Below, piece after piece: positions 46,216 through 54,702 of a stretch of DNA of 64,000 nucleotides. The number at the start of each line of letters is the position of its first letter. The first letter of the stretch is position 1. A program made the translations under genes and the position numbers. The stretch covers positions 18,507-82,506 of the forward strand of contig CAYMDP010000004.1 of NCBI GenBank assembly GCA_964389375.1, in the 5' to 3' direction. A model generated the notes under the pieces. That model worked only from the letters and a program-made list of their open reading frames with translations, did no database searches and was not told where the DNA came from. This DNA is from an uncultured Pseudobdellovibrionaceae bacterium (lineage in GTDB: Bacteria > Bdellovibrionota > Bdellovibrionia > Bdellovibrionales > UBA1609).

Positions 46216-47664
46216 ATGAAAAAAGTTAAAAAAGTGACTCAAAAAATTGAAGACGGGTCTGTTGAAAAGGCCTTGCCTACTTTTGAACACCTTCATGAAA
46301 AGCCACTGAATATGATGAGCCGACGAGACCTTTTGTCTGCTGGGCTCATTCAGTTTTCTGCAGCACTCACCTTGCCCTCAATTTACTCACTCTTTGCGGG
46401 CGCAGGTTTGGCGCAAGCTCAAGAAATCGTTTGTGCGGGAGCGGCTGGAAGCAGTCTAGTTCCAATTATTACAGTCAATCTTGCTGGTGGAGCTGGGCTT
46501 GCCGCAAACTTTGTTCCTCATGATCAAGCTTTACAGCCTTTACAAAGTTATAACCGTTTGGGATTAGGTGCTGCGGGCTCATTTACCATGGACTACGAAT
46601 TTAAAAATCGAGCCCCCTTTGCGGCCAATATCAGTCGGTTTATCGTAGGGGTTCGAGCGCAAGCTCTTCCTGCGACTTTGGCAAACACAGTATTTTTAGG
46701 AGTTCCAAACCGAACGGCTGATGATTCGGCGGCTAACAAAATGGTTATGGACGGAATGGTTGCAAAAGCCGGCCGAGTCGGACAGATCTTGCCAACTCTG
46801 GGGCGCAATCGCAATCAAGCGGCATTTGTAAATCCTCCGAATCCAATCCCGGTCAGATCTTTTGCCAATATTTCGGATGCGATTAGCGTAAAAAATAGTT
46901 TGGCCAATTTATCCAAAGCTCAACAGGAAAGATTATTTCGCATGACCCAGGATTTAAGCGCGAGCCAAACCGCAAGGCTTCAGGGGTTAAGTGGAGGCAA
47001 TGAATTAAGAACGCTGATTCAGTGTGCGAATAGAGATAACACTAGATTGATTGCATCAACTGATCCTGGAGTGGATCCGGCATTAAATGCAAACTTCGCT
47101 GCAGTCTGGGGCATTAACGCAAATAATAGAAATGGGGACAACTACGCGCGAGCTGCAGTTGTGTACAACGTATTAAACGGAAACGCTCCGACCGGAAATA
47201 TCGAAATGGGCGGTTATGATTACCATGATGGAAGCCGCACGAGTGGAGACCAAAGAGACGAGAACGCAGGAGTTCTTGTTGGTCAAATCCTTCAATCATT
47301 TGCTGTGATGGGAGTGAAGGCCTTTTTGGTAGTGACAACAGATGGCTCTGTGACAGGACCTATTTCAGAAACTCCCGGAGGAATTTGGACTTCCGATCGC
47401 GGAACAGCGGGAATGGCTTACATGATGGCCTACGATCCGTCGGGTTCAGTCAATGCCTCAAGTTTTCAGTTGGGACATTTTCTTCCTGGAAGAGATCAGC
47501 AGGGCGTGGATCAAAGTTTTATTACTGGAGGAACTCCTGAGCTTGCCGCAGCGGGAATGTTTGCGAACTATTTGAGTTTTAGCGGCCAATTGGGCTTAAT
47601 TGATCGAGTGATTCCAAGAGTGATCTCTGCCGGTGACTTAGACCGAGTGGTTAAGATCGCTTAG
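46216..47664 (+). CDS. Tat-signal exported protein, DUF1501-like (alkaline-phosphatase/sulfatase superfamily, remote)
   Basis: Twin-arginine motif MSRRDLLSAGLIQFSAALTL ... AQA. GGYDYHDG resembles the DUF1501 GGWDTH block. The start is ambiguous among TTG 46204, ATG 46216 and ATG 46312. Confidence 0.55.
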   Translation: MKKVKKVTQKIEDGSVEKALPTFEHLHEKPLNMMSRRDLLSAGLIQFSAALTLPSIYSLFAGAGLAQAQEIVCAGAAGSSLVPIITVNLAGGAGLAANFVPHDQALQPLQSYNRLGLGAAGSFTMDYEFKNRAPFAANISRFIVGVRAQALPATLANTVFLGVPNRTADDSAANKMVMDGMVAKAGRVGQILPTLGRNRNQAAFVNPPNPIPVRSFANISDAISVKNSLANLSKAQQERLFRMTQDLSASQTARLQGLSGGNELRTLIQCANRDNTRLIASTDPGVDPALNANFAAVWGINANNRNGDNYARAAVVYNVLNGNAPTGNIEMGGYDYHDGSRTSGDQRDENAGVLVGQILQSFAVMGVKAFLVVTTDGSVTGPISETPGGIWTSDRGTAGMAYMMAYDPSGSVNASSFQLGHFLPGRDQQGVDQSFITGGTPELAAAGMFANYLSFSGQLGLIDRVIPRVISAGDLDRVVKIA

Positions 47665-47727
47665 TTTGATTTTTTGTATCTGTGATCGCTATTGTATGTG
47701 ATTGGACGTAGATCTAGGGGGACGTAA

Positions 47728-49350
47728 ATGAAGAAGGGGACAAGAAGTCGTAGGCACAATCGTATGATGTGGCTGTCGGGCATTTGTTCGTTCATTTTGA
47801 TCCTGCTTTTTAACAATTGCTCATCAAGCCACTCCTATGATCCCAATGAATCCCTAGCCTCCGTTTCGGGAGACTGTAATCTTTCAAGTTTTTTTCAAAG
47901 AAGCTACCATCCTTTTCTTCAGACCAATTGCAATTCCTGTCACGTACAAGGTGGAGTGGGAAAAGGGGCTTTTGCCGATCCGGATTTAGGTGTGGCGTGG
48001 AACGCATTTAGTTTAGTTGGATTTTCTAAAGTGTCAGAGTATGCAGTAAACCCCTCGCACAATCCGCCCTATAGCGGAACTCAGCATCAAGAGACAATCG
48101 ATAATTTGGTTCTGTCATGGGCAAATGCCGAAGTTGAAAATGAACTTTGTCGAACTGGAGCTGCCGTCGACGATGGTCGAACGTTTAACGATGCCGAATG
48201 GTATCAAACGCGCAGCAAGCCGATCGGAATCACCAGCCTCACCGGAACTTCAACGATCACCTTTGATCTTGCCCAAGATTTATTACCGGGTGCCATGGCA
48301 GCACCAAATTTGACAGGTGCTCGTTTTCGTCTTCGCTTTGCGGTTCGTGAGATCACGGGGGCTCCATATTATATGGTTAGCAATCCGGTTCTGGATTTGA
48401 CAAACTCAAATACAGATTTGGATCTTGAAGGCCTTCGCGTAAAGATTAACGGCAGATGGATTGATGATCAGACGACTTTTACCCTTTTAAGAACTCAAAC
48501 TCGCAGGGGAGAAGGACGAGATGTGATCGTGTCCTCTGGAGTGCTGAATGCTTTAGGAACTCTTAGAAGTTCTGATGTGGTATCAGTGGCCTTCAGACGA
48601 CTTGATCCAGTGACACTTCCTCCGCCTCCAGCTCCGACTCCTGTAAACTTTCGAGTTGAAAACTTCACCCCGACCGAAGAGGGCGGACTTTACGATGTAT
48701 GGGTGGATCTAGCACAAGCTATTCCGGATCGCCCGGTCATTATTGGTCTTGAGGTGGATAGCTCAACCACGGCGACTCCAATTCGAAGTGGAAGAGAAGT
48801 GGTAAATCAAGATGGGGACACAATCGAGATTGATAACTTTGACTGGAATTTTAAGACAGACACTTTATCTATGACTTTGATTCCGGGTCAGACCTCGGCG
48901 CGGGTGCAACTTCGAATTGCAGATAACGATCGCTACGACCGAGTCGGAACTCAGAATAAACGTGTGGTTTTACGCCTTGGTTCGGTGACGGGAGCCATTG
49001 CGGGAACAAGAAATCGCTACACCCTAACTATTCCGGATGACGACCCAGCTCCAGACCCCAACAGTCTAGTGCCCACTTATTCTCAACTAATGGGTCCTGG
49101 CGGAGTGTTTGCGACCTATTGTATTCAGTGTCACAACTCGGTCGATCGCGCTCAGGGTTATGATATTTCTAATTACGAAGAAATGATTCAAAATCGCGTT
49201 TTGGTGCCGGGTGATATTTCCAGTAAGATGTTTGTACGTATGAATTCTGCGGTTCCTGGTGTGGCGACAATGCCTTTAACCGGACTTCTGCCAGTTTATT
49301 TAAGAAAACAAGTTGAGGATTGGATTTTAAATGGAGCTAGAAATGACTAA
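47728..49350 (+). CDS. Lipoprotein with two CxxCH motifs flanking a Calx-beta-like region (PSCyt-like)
   Basis: RBS AGGGGGA. Lipobox-like LLFNNC. CNSCH near the N-terminus and CIQCH near the C-terminus. The middle, TLIPGQTSARVQLRIADNDRYDR..VVLRLGSV, looks Calx-beta-like. Confidence 0.65.
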   Translation: MKKGTRSRRHNRMMWLSGICSFILILLFNNCSSSHSYDPNESLASVSGDCNLSSFFQRSYHPFLQTNCNSCHVQGGVGKGAFADPDLGVAWNAFSLVGFSKVSEYAVNPSHNPPYSGTQHQETIDNLVLSWANAEVENELCRTGAAVDDGRTFNDAEWYQTRSKPIGITSLTGTSTITFDLAQDLLPGAMAAPNLTGARFRLRFAVREITGAPYYMVSNPVLDLTNSNTDLDLEGLRVKINGRWIDDQTTFTLLRTQTRRGEGRDVIVSSGVLNALGTLRSSDVVSVAFRRLDPVTLPPPPAPTPVNFRVENFTPTEEGGLYDVWVDLAQAIPDRPVIIGLEVDSSTTATPIRSGREVVNQDGDTIEIDNFDWNFKTDTLSMTLIPGQTSARVQLRIADNDRYDRVGTQNKRVVLRLGSVTGAIAGTRNRYTLTIPDDDPAPDPNSLVPTYSQLMGPGGVFATYCIQCHNSVDRAQGYDISNYEEMIQNRVLVPGDISSKMFVRMNSAVPGVATMPLTGLLPVYLRKQVEDWILNGARND

Positions 49351-50041
49351 AAGATCTATGGGACACTCAAAATCCTTTCTTTTATGTTTAATGGCTTTGA
49401 TGCTGATTCTGCCATTTCAAAATTGTGCCAAACAACACGACCAACAGCTCGTTCAATCTTCCTCGGATCAAAACTTGATTTTTTTCCAGGGAGAAGTGCA
49501 AAAGGTATTTCAGGCAAAATGTGCAAGCTGTCACCAGCCCGGAAACGGATCTGAGTTAGAAAGCATTATGGATTCGGACGAGCTGATCTCGAAGGGTTTT
49601 GTGGTTCCTGGACGCCCTGAGATGTCTTCGGTCTATTTACTTGTAGTTGATGATATCGAGCCCAGGGATCTTCATTCAAAACTGACGATTCAAGAAAAGG
49701 ATGTTGTGGCAAGTTGGATTATTGCTCTTTATGATCCAACCGGCACAGGAGGCTCCATTGGTGGAGGAGGGGGTGTCGGATCGAACACCTACCAGCGAGT
49801 CCGAAACGAAGTCCTAGTGCCTTATTGTATCAGTTGTCATGGGTCCACAGGAGCTTCGGGTGGAATTCGTTTAGACACTTATCAAACTGTGATGGCACAG
49901 GTAAATCAAAATGCGCCGGCAAGTAGCCCAGTCTATGCGCAAATGCTTTATGACTTTATGCCCACGGGTCCCAACAAAGTTCCCCTGCAGCTAAAGAATC
50001 TTGTTTTAAACTGGATTGTCGACGGAGCTGCGAACAACTAG
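49343..50041 (+). CDS. Lipoprotein with two PSCyt1-like CxxCH domains
   Basis: ATG at 49343 after GGAG, overlapping the upstream stop (ATGACTAA). Lipobox-like ILPFQNC. CASCHQPG and CISCHGSTGASGGIRLDTY match the planctomycete cytochrome c domain signature as I recall it. Confidence 0.65.
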   Translation: MTKRSMGHSKSFLLCLMALMLILPFQNCAKQHDQQLVQSSSDQNLIFFQGEVQKVFQAKCASCHQPGNGSELESIMDSDELISKGFVVPGRPEMSSVYLLVVDDIEPRDLHSKLTIQEKDVVASWIIALYDPTGTGGSIGGGGGVGSNTYQRVRNEVLVPYCISCHGSTGASGGIRLDTYQTVMAQVNQNAPASSPVYAQMLYDFMPTGPNKVPLQLKNLVLNWIVDGAANN

Positions 50042-50929
50042 GCCGGACAGGCAGGCCCAAATAAAACTCATCCAAATCAAATGAGCCATTGTAAGGTGAA
50101 TCAGCTTTAGAGCTAGCGGCGATAAAGTCAGTAAAGTCAAAAATCCCAAAACAAATCCCAAGCCAATAAGAATTAAAAATCCCATGATCGGTTTTTTACG
50201 CGCCTTAGGAAGTGTGGAAAGCTTTAGACTAAATAGGGTAAACAGTAGGCCAGAGAACAAACTGGCCATAATCGGATGAAGAATCCTTAGTCGCAGGATT
50301 GGATTAGAGTCCGAGCTAAGGTCTTTTGCTAATCCTTCGAACAAAGACTCAGACGGAAACAGTGTTGTGGATAGCGAAGCCACGGCGCCAAAGCCCCCGA
50401 CAAGAAAAAGCCCCAAGCTTCCCCAAATAAACAAAGAAGAAGAAAAAAGCTCTTTAAAATTATAGTCCTCTTCGTTTCGAGTCGAAAGCCAAGCAAGACT
50501 TAAAGATCCGGTCAGTAGAAATGTATTTACCAAATGAATCGACATTACAACTGCGCGAAGAGTCGAGGCATCTGTAGTCACCAGTCCGAATAAAACAATT
50601 TTTGCCCCAATCAGGGCTTCAAGTATTGTAAATAGCAGAACAAACCAGGAGTATTTTCGGACTCGGTGGCCTTTTGGAAAAAGCTGATGTGAAAAATAAA
50701 TCAAGGCAAGAATCAAAAGGCCATAAAGAGCCGTTGAAAGGCGGTGGCCCTTTTCGATAAGGGTCGAGATGCTGGGCTGGCTAGGTAGGATTTCGCCTTG
50801 GCAAAGCGGCCAGTGGTCTCCACAGCCATCACCCGATCCCGAGATCCGCACCCATGCGCCCCACAGGATCACCAGAAGGGTGTAGAAGATTAGGAATAAG
50901 AGATAGCGGTTTAGTTTTAATTGGTTCAT
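50006..50929 (-). CDS. ctaA: COX15/CtaA (heme A synthase) family membrane protein
   Basis: 307-aa polytopic protein. WGAWVRISGSGDGCGDHWPLCQG matches the family N-terminal motif, and conserved His residues sit in TM segments. No other cox/cta genes in the window. Confidence 0.7.
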   Translation of the reverse strand: MNQLKLNRYLLFLIFYTLLVILWGAWVRISGSGDGCGDHWPLCQGEILPSQPSISTLIEKGHRLSTALYGLLILALIYFSHQLFPKGHRVRKYSWFVLLFTILEALIGAKIVLFGLVTTDASTLRAVVMSIHLVNTFLLTGSLSLAWLSTRNEEDYNFKELFSSSLFIWGSLGLFLVGGFGAVASLSTTLFPSESLFEGLAKDLSSDSNPILRLRILHPIMASLFSGLLFTLFSLKLSTLPKARKKPIMGFLILIGLGFVLGFLTLLTLSPLALKLIHLTMAHLIWMSFIWACLSGLVVRSSVDNPV

Positions 50930-51072
50930 AGGGCCGGGCCAAACTACCTTTCAGATCGATTCTGGGTCAAGTGGTCCTTGTCGGGTTAGGGACAGGTAGA
51001 TCCAAGACTTGTCATTCCCCCGGTTAGGGCATAGGCTTAATTTTAAACCAAATTAAATAGAGGTCTACACCT

Positions 51073-51555
51073 GTGAATTTCTTGAAAAGATGTCATTTGA
51101 TCTTATTGCTTTTAGCCCTTATTGGCCCCTCACTCTCTTTTGCAAATCAGAATATTGGAGCTGGAGTCATCATCGGATCTCCAACCGGACTTTCTGCAAA
51201 ATTAAAACTCCAGCAAAATCGCGCAGTGGATCTTGCGATGGCCTGGGATTTGGGCAGTCAAAATGATTTTTATATTCATTCAAATTACCTTATCGGCAAA
51301 AAAAGATTCCTCGTGATTGATCAGCAGCCCCTTGAAGGATTTTATGGTCTTGGAGGCAGTTTGCGATTTCACGATCCAGCGCCGGGCTCTAAAGATGACA
51401 GAAACAATTTTGGAATTCGAGTTCCTGTCGGTTTAAATTATCAAATTCAATCCGCGCCGGTGGAGATATTCGCAGAAGTCGCTTTGGTTGTTGAGTTGAT
51501 TCCCTCTACGGGTGTTCATTTGAATCTCGGCATCGGTGCGAGATATTATTTTTAA
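51073..51555 (+). CDS. Small outer-membrane beta-barrel-like protein (DUF3996-like?)
   Basis: GTG start. Signal peptide ..LSFA. GAGVIIGSPTGLSAKL and the terminal GARYYF suggest a small beta-barrel. Confidence 0.5.
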   Translation: MNFLKRCHLILLLLALIGPSLSFANQNIGAGVIIGSPTGLSAKLKLQQNRAVDLAMAWDLGSQNDFYIHSNYLIGKKRFLVIDQQPLEGFYGLGGSLRFHDPAPGSKDDRNNFGIRVPVGLNYQIQSAPVEIFAEVALVVELIPSTGVHLNLGIGARYYF

Positions 51556-51688
51556 GGCAGATCATTTTATTTTGTGTCCGATTGGCACCAGTTTCAGAAT
51601 GGAACCATGTAATTCGTTGGTGAATGCGCGTTGAAGGTTTCTATTCCATCTTTTTAGTGCTAGTCTTCTAATTCCTTGTGCGAATAAT

Positions 51689-51726
51689 AAATAACTTATC
51701 TGAGATTTTTTTGAGATCAGTTATTT
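51689..51726. promoter_or_regulatory. Imperfect inverted repeat upstream of the XRE-PAS regulator gene
   Basis: AAATAACTTATCT (51689-51701) and AGATCAGTTATTT (51714-51726) are 12/13 complementary with a 12-nt spacer, 60 nt upstream of the ATG at 51786. Confidence 0.4.
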
Positions 51727-51785
51727 ACTTTTTGTGAATGGGAGTTATTGCAAGCTAAGAACCTTAGTTTAGAAAGTGAGATAAA

Positions 51786-52448
51786 ATGTCATCCGAAAAT
51801 AACGAAAATAATAATAAAAATTTGAAATTTGAAGACAATGGTCAATTTAGAAAAAAGCTGGGCCATCGATTAAAATCCCTTAGAAAAAACAGTCGAATGA
51901 CTCAGGTGCAGACTGCCGATGGCTTGGGTATGAATTATCGCCATTATCAGGATATCGAAGCTGGAAAGTCTGATTTAAAAATGAGTAGTCTGATTAAGAT
52001 CGCTGGATTTTTTGATCTTCAACTAGATCAGCTGGTGGACCTGTCTGGTGGAGATAGCCAAACAGATATTCTAAAAACAGTCGAAGCCTTTGTGTGCGGT
52101 ATTGGCAACAGTCTGATGATGCCGCTAACCCTTAGGGATATGAATGGAATAGTGTTGACCTCTAACAAAGCATCCCTTGCTTTGGGTGGATTTGATTTAG
52201 CTGATGTGCGCGGTAAGCATGCTACAGATTTTGTCGCTGAGAATTTGAAGGCCTATTACAATGAGGTTATTGCTCAAGAGCAAAAAGGCGTCTTTAAGCC
52301 TGTGGTATTTCGTTTTCTAACAAAGGCGGGATTGCAGACTGAGGTTAATTATTTTCCGATTCCGATTGTCGGCAAAAATGGAGTCCCGGTGGCAGTCATT
52401 GCTGTTCTAAGCCCAGGTGGTTTCAATTTTGAAGAGCCACCGGTTTAA
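51786..52448 (+). CDS. XRE-family HTH regulator with C-terminal PAS-like sensor domain
   Basis: LGHRLKSLRKNSRMTQVQTADGLGMNYRHYQDIEAGKSD is an XRE/Cro-type HTH. The C-terminal ~110 aa are PAS-like (LRDMNGIVLTSNKAS...). Confidence 0.65.
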   Translation: MSSENNENNNKNLKFEDNGQFRKKLGHRLKSLRKNSRMTQVQTADGLGMNYRHYQDIEAGKSDLKMSSLIKIAGFFDLQLDQLVDLSGGDSQTDILKTVEAFVCGIGNSLMMPLTLRDMNGIVLTSNKASLALGGFDLADVRGKHATDFVAENLKAYYNEVIAQEQKGVFKPVVFRFLTKAGLQTEVNYFPIPIVGKNGVPVAVIAVLSPGGFNFEEPPV

Positions 52449-52501
52449 GCGGCGGCTCTCTACTTTAGGAACTGAATCGGCGAGGGCCTTAAGATTTTTT
52501 C

Positions 52502-53164
52502 TTAGGGCCAGTTTGAAGAAAGTCTTTGGTCAATCTGGTCGCGAAGTTGTTCTGCTTGATTCTCTTTCGCGATAACTCTTTGTTCTTGTCGGTCGTTATT
52601 CTTACTTAACTTTCTGCTTTTCTTTCTTAACTCGTTATTTTTCTTCTTATATTGAGTTACTAGTCTTTCTGCGTTCTTCATGCGCTTTTTAAGACTGACT
52701 TCACGACGCTCTTCTTGGCGGATTTCAGAGCGAAATTGTTTTTCTAAACCTTTGGCCTGAACAACTCGTGCTTCCATATCATCAACGCGCTTGTTGAGGC
52801 GTTCCACGCGATCTTTCGCGCGGTTTCGTTGTTTCTCGGCTGTGTTCTTTTGTTTTTCAAGATTTATTGCCAGCTTTTGAGCGCGATCAAAACGTTTGTT
52901 TTGAGATTCCACTCGGTTATTCAGTTTTTTGCTTTCGGCTTTGGCCTGGGCAATTTCTTTTTCAAGTTGTCTGGCTTCTTTTTCCAGAGCAAGAGCCTCT
53001 TGTCTTGCGGCCTCCTCAAGTTGAACTTGATCATAGACCTCCATTTGCTCTGCATCCGCTTCAACACCTAGATCATTTAAGAGACCTTGATTTGAATCGA
53101 TGTCATTCGACCAGGCAGTGATGGGCATCACGGCGATTAAAAAAGATAGAATAAGACTTTTCAT
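52502..53164 (-). CDS. Exported coiled-coil protein
   Basis: Signal peptide MKSLILSFLIAVMPITAWS, then heptad-like K/E/Q/R-rich sequence throughout. Confidence 0.6.
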   Translation of the reverse strand: MKSLILSFLIAVMPITAWSNDIDSNQGLLNDLGVEADAEQMEVYDQVQLEEAARQEALALEKEARQLEKEIAQAKAESKKLNNRVESQNKRFDRAQKLAINLEKQKNTAEKQRNRAKDRVERLNKRVDDMEARVVQAKGLEKQFRSEIRQEERREVSLKKRMKNAERLVTQYKKKNNELRKKSRKLSKNNDRQEQRVIAKENQAEQLRDQIDQRLSSNWP

Positions 53165-53386
53165 AAAAAACGCTCCTCTTGTTCCTAATTCCTGCCTGCT
53201 TCTAGAGCAAGCCGGGTGCCGGTGGCCTTTGGCCCTTTAAGCCCTCTAGAGCCCAGGAGCTTAGGAAAATTTTACACTTGAGGTGACGAAAATTGTCTAA
53301 ACCATTGAAAACCCTTGGTATTTTAATGTCACCCGAGGCCCGGGTGATTATTGCTCGAAACCAAAGGATAGTTTAAGGTCAGAGGC

Positions 53387-54154
53387 ATGTTGTTACGGAT
53401 TGCCACTCTGATTCGAGCCCTTGTTTTAACTCCTTTTTTTATACTCCATACGGCGATCTGTGGCTCTTTGGTTTTGTTAAGCTCACTGCTTTATCCGAAC
53501 CGCTGGTTTTTTGATCTTATCCTTGGAGGGATTTGGCCCAGGCCCATGTTGTGGCTTGCGGGCATTACTTTGGAGCTAAGGGGTGCAGAGAATATCCCGA
53601 AGGACCGAGGTTTCCTCTATATATTTAACCATACTAGCTACGTGGATATTTTTGCGATTGTTGCGGGCTTGCCGGCCCCCCCTCGTTTTGGTGCAAAGAT
53701 CGAATTGTTTTCGGTTCCGATATTTGGTCCGGCGATGGCTGCAGTGGGTGTCTTAAAGATTGCTCGAAATGATCGCTCTGGTGTTTTAAAAATATACGAG
53801 AAAGCTGCAGAAAAGGTGGCTCAGGGCGAGTTTTATGCTTTGGCGCCAGAGGGAACTCGCCAGACGCAAAAAGAGCTTGGGCGATTTAAGACAGGGCCTT
53901 TTATATTCGGAATCCAAGCCAAGATGCCCGTTGTGCCACTTGTGATCGCAGGGGCCAAAGAGTGTATGCCCAAAGGGGCCTGGCTGATGAATGTAAGGTC
54001 TCAATGGAACAGCAAAGTGATCGTCCAGATCTTGCCGCCCTTGGAGGGGGAAAAGTTTAATATGGACACTTTAAACGAGTTCCAGGGCCAAGCTCGAGAG
54101 CTGATGTCTAAGGCCTATGAAAGCTTAAATCTCGAACTTTCGTCTTCAAAATAA
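53387..54154 (+). CDS. plsC: 1-acyl-sn-glycerol-3-phosphate acyltransferase-like (lysophospholipid acyltransferase)
   Basis: NHTSYVD (H-x4-D acyltransferase motif I), PEGTR (motif III) and an N-terminal TM segment. Confidence 0.8.
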   Translation: MLLRIATLIRALVLTPFFILHTAICGSLVLLSSLLYPNRWFFDLILGGIWPRPMLWLAGITLELRGAENIPKDRGFLYIFNHTSYVDIFAIVAGLPAPPRFGAKIELFSVPIFGPAMAAVGVLKIARNDRSGVLKIYEKAAEKVAQGEFYALAPEGTRQTQKELGRFKTGPFIFGIQAKMPVVPLVIAGAKECMPKGAWLMNVRSQWNSKVIVQILPPLEGEKFNMDTLNEFQGQARELMSKAYESLNLELSSSK

Positions 54155-54183
54155 AAAAGGGGCCTCAAAGAGCCCCTAAAAAA
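54153..54183 (-). terminator. Rho-independent terminator (for the minus-strand gene; shared by the convergent pair)
   Basis: GGGGC (54159-63) and GCCCC (54172-76) form a stem with an 8-nt loop. On the - strand, TTTTTT follows the hairpin. Confidence 0.7.
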
Positions 54184-54204
54184 TAATCGAATTAAAAGTT
54201 AGGA

Positions 54205-54516
54205 TTAAAGAAAACGACCTGTGCACTGAATCTTTGAGCAAGCGATCGTTTCGAAGTCTCCATAAACTGAAGAATCTCCTCTTAATATCGCATCAAGATC
54301 AGTTAGCTCATCTTGGATCTGTTGCGAAGAGGCCTCAGCGTCTATGACCTGAATCTCTGTCTCGTGAAACCATTCCATCAGAGTCAGCATCACTAAGGTA
54401 TCGCGGTCTTCAGCGGTCATGACTTGTGTGCCGGCCTCGGTCTGTGTTTGACCAGAAGCGGGAAGCACAAAAAGCAGGGAGCAGGCCAGAGACAAACTCA
54501 GTATTAAGTTTTTCAT
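54205..54516 (-). CDS. Small exported hypothetical protein
   Basis: Start moved to MKNLILSLSLACSLLFVLPASG (54516), preceded by GGGAGG. 103 aa, acidic. Confidence 0.55.
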   Translation of the reverse strand: MKNLILSLSLACSLLFVLPASGQTQTEAGTQVMTAEDRDTLVMLTLMEWFHETEIQVIDAEASSQQIQDELTDLDAILRGDSSVYGDFETIACSKIQCTGRFL

Positions 54517-54702
54517 TCTAAATCCTCCCAGGGCCAAAACGCCCTTCAGACTCCCTATAAGGCAAGATCCAGACCACAGTAGTTTGGATCTAAATCCAGC
54601 TAGGCTCAAAACTATCAACATTTCACAGCAATGACAATAGGGAGTGGTGTCAGCCTGACCACATTTTATGAAGTTCTTTCAAAGGCCTGCCGAAGGAACA
54701 CT

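Noticed and set aside
52482-52510. The hairpin GGCCTTAAG-N8-CTTAGGGCC after the XRE-PAS gene was considered as a terminator.
   Set aside because: No U tract follows it on the + strand, and its 3' arm overlaps the stop codon region of the convergent coiled-coil gene. The evidence is too weak to call it a feature.
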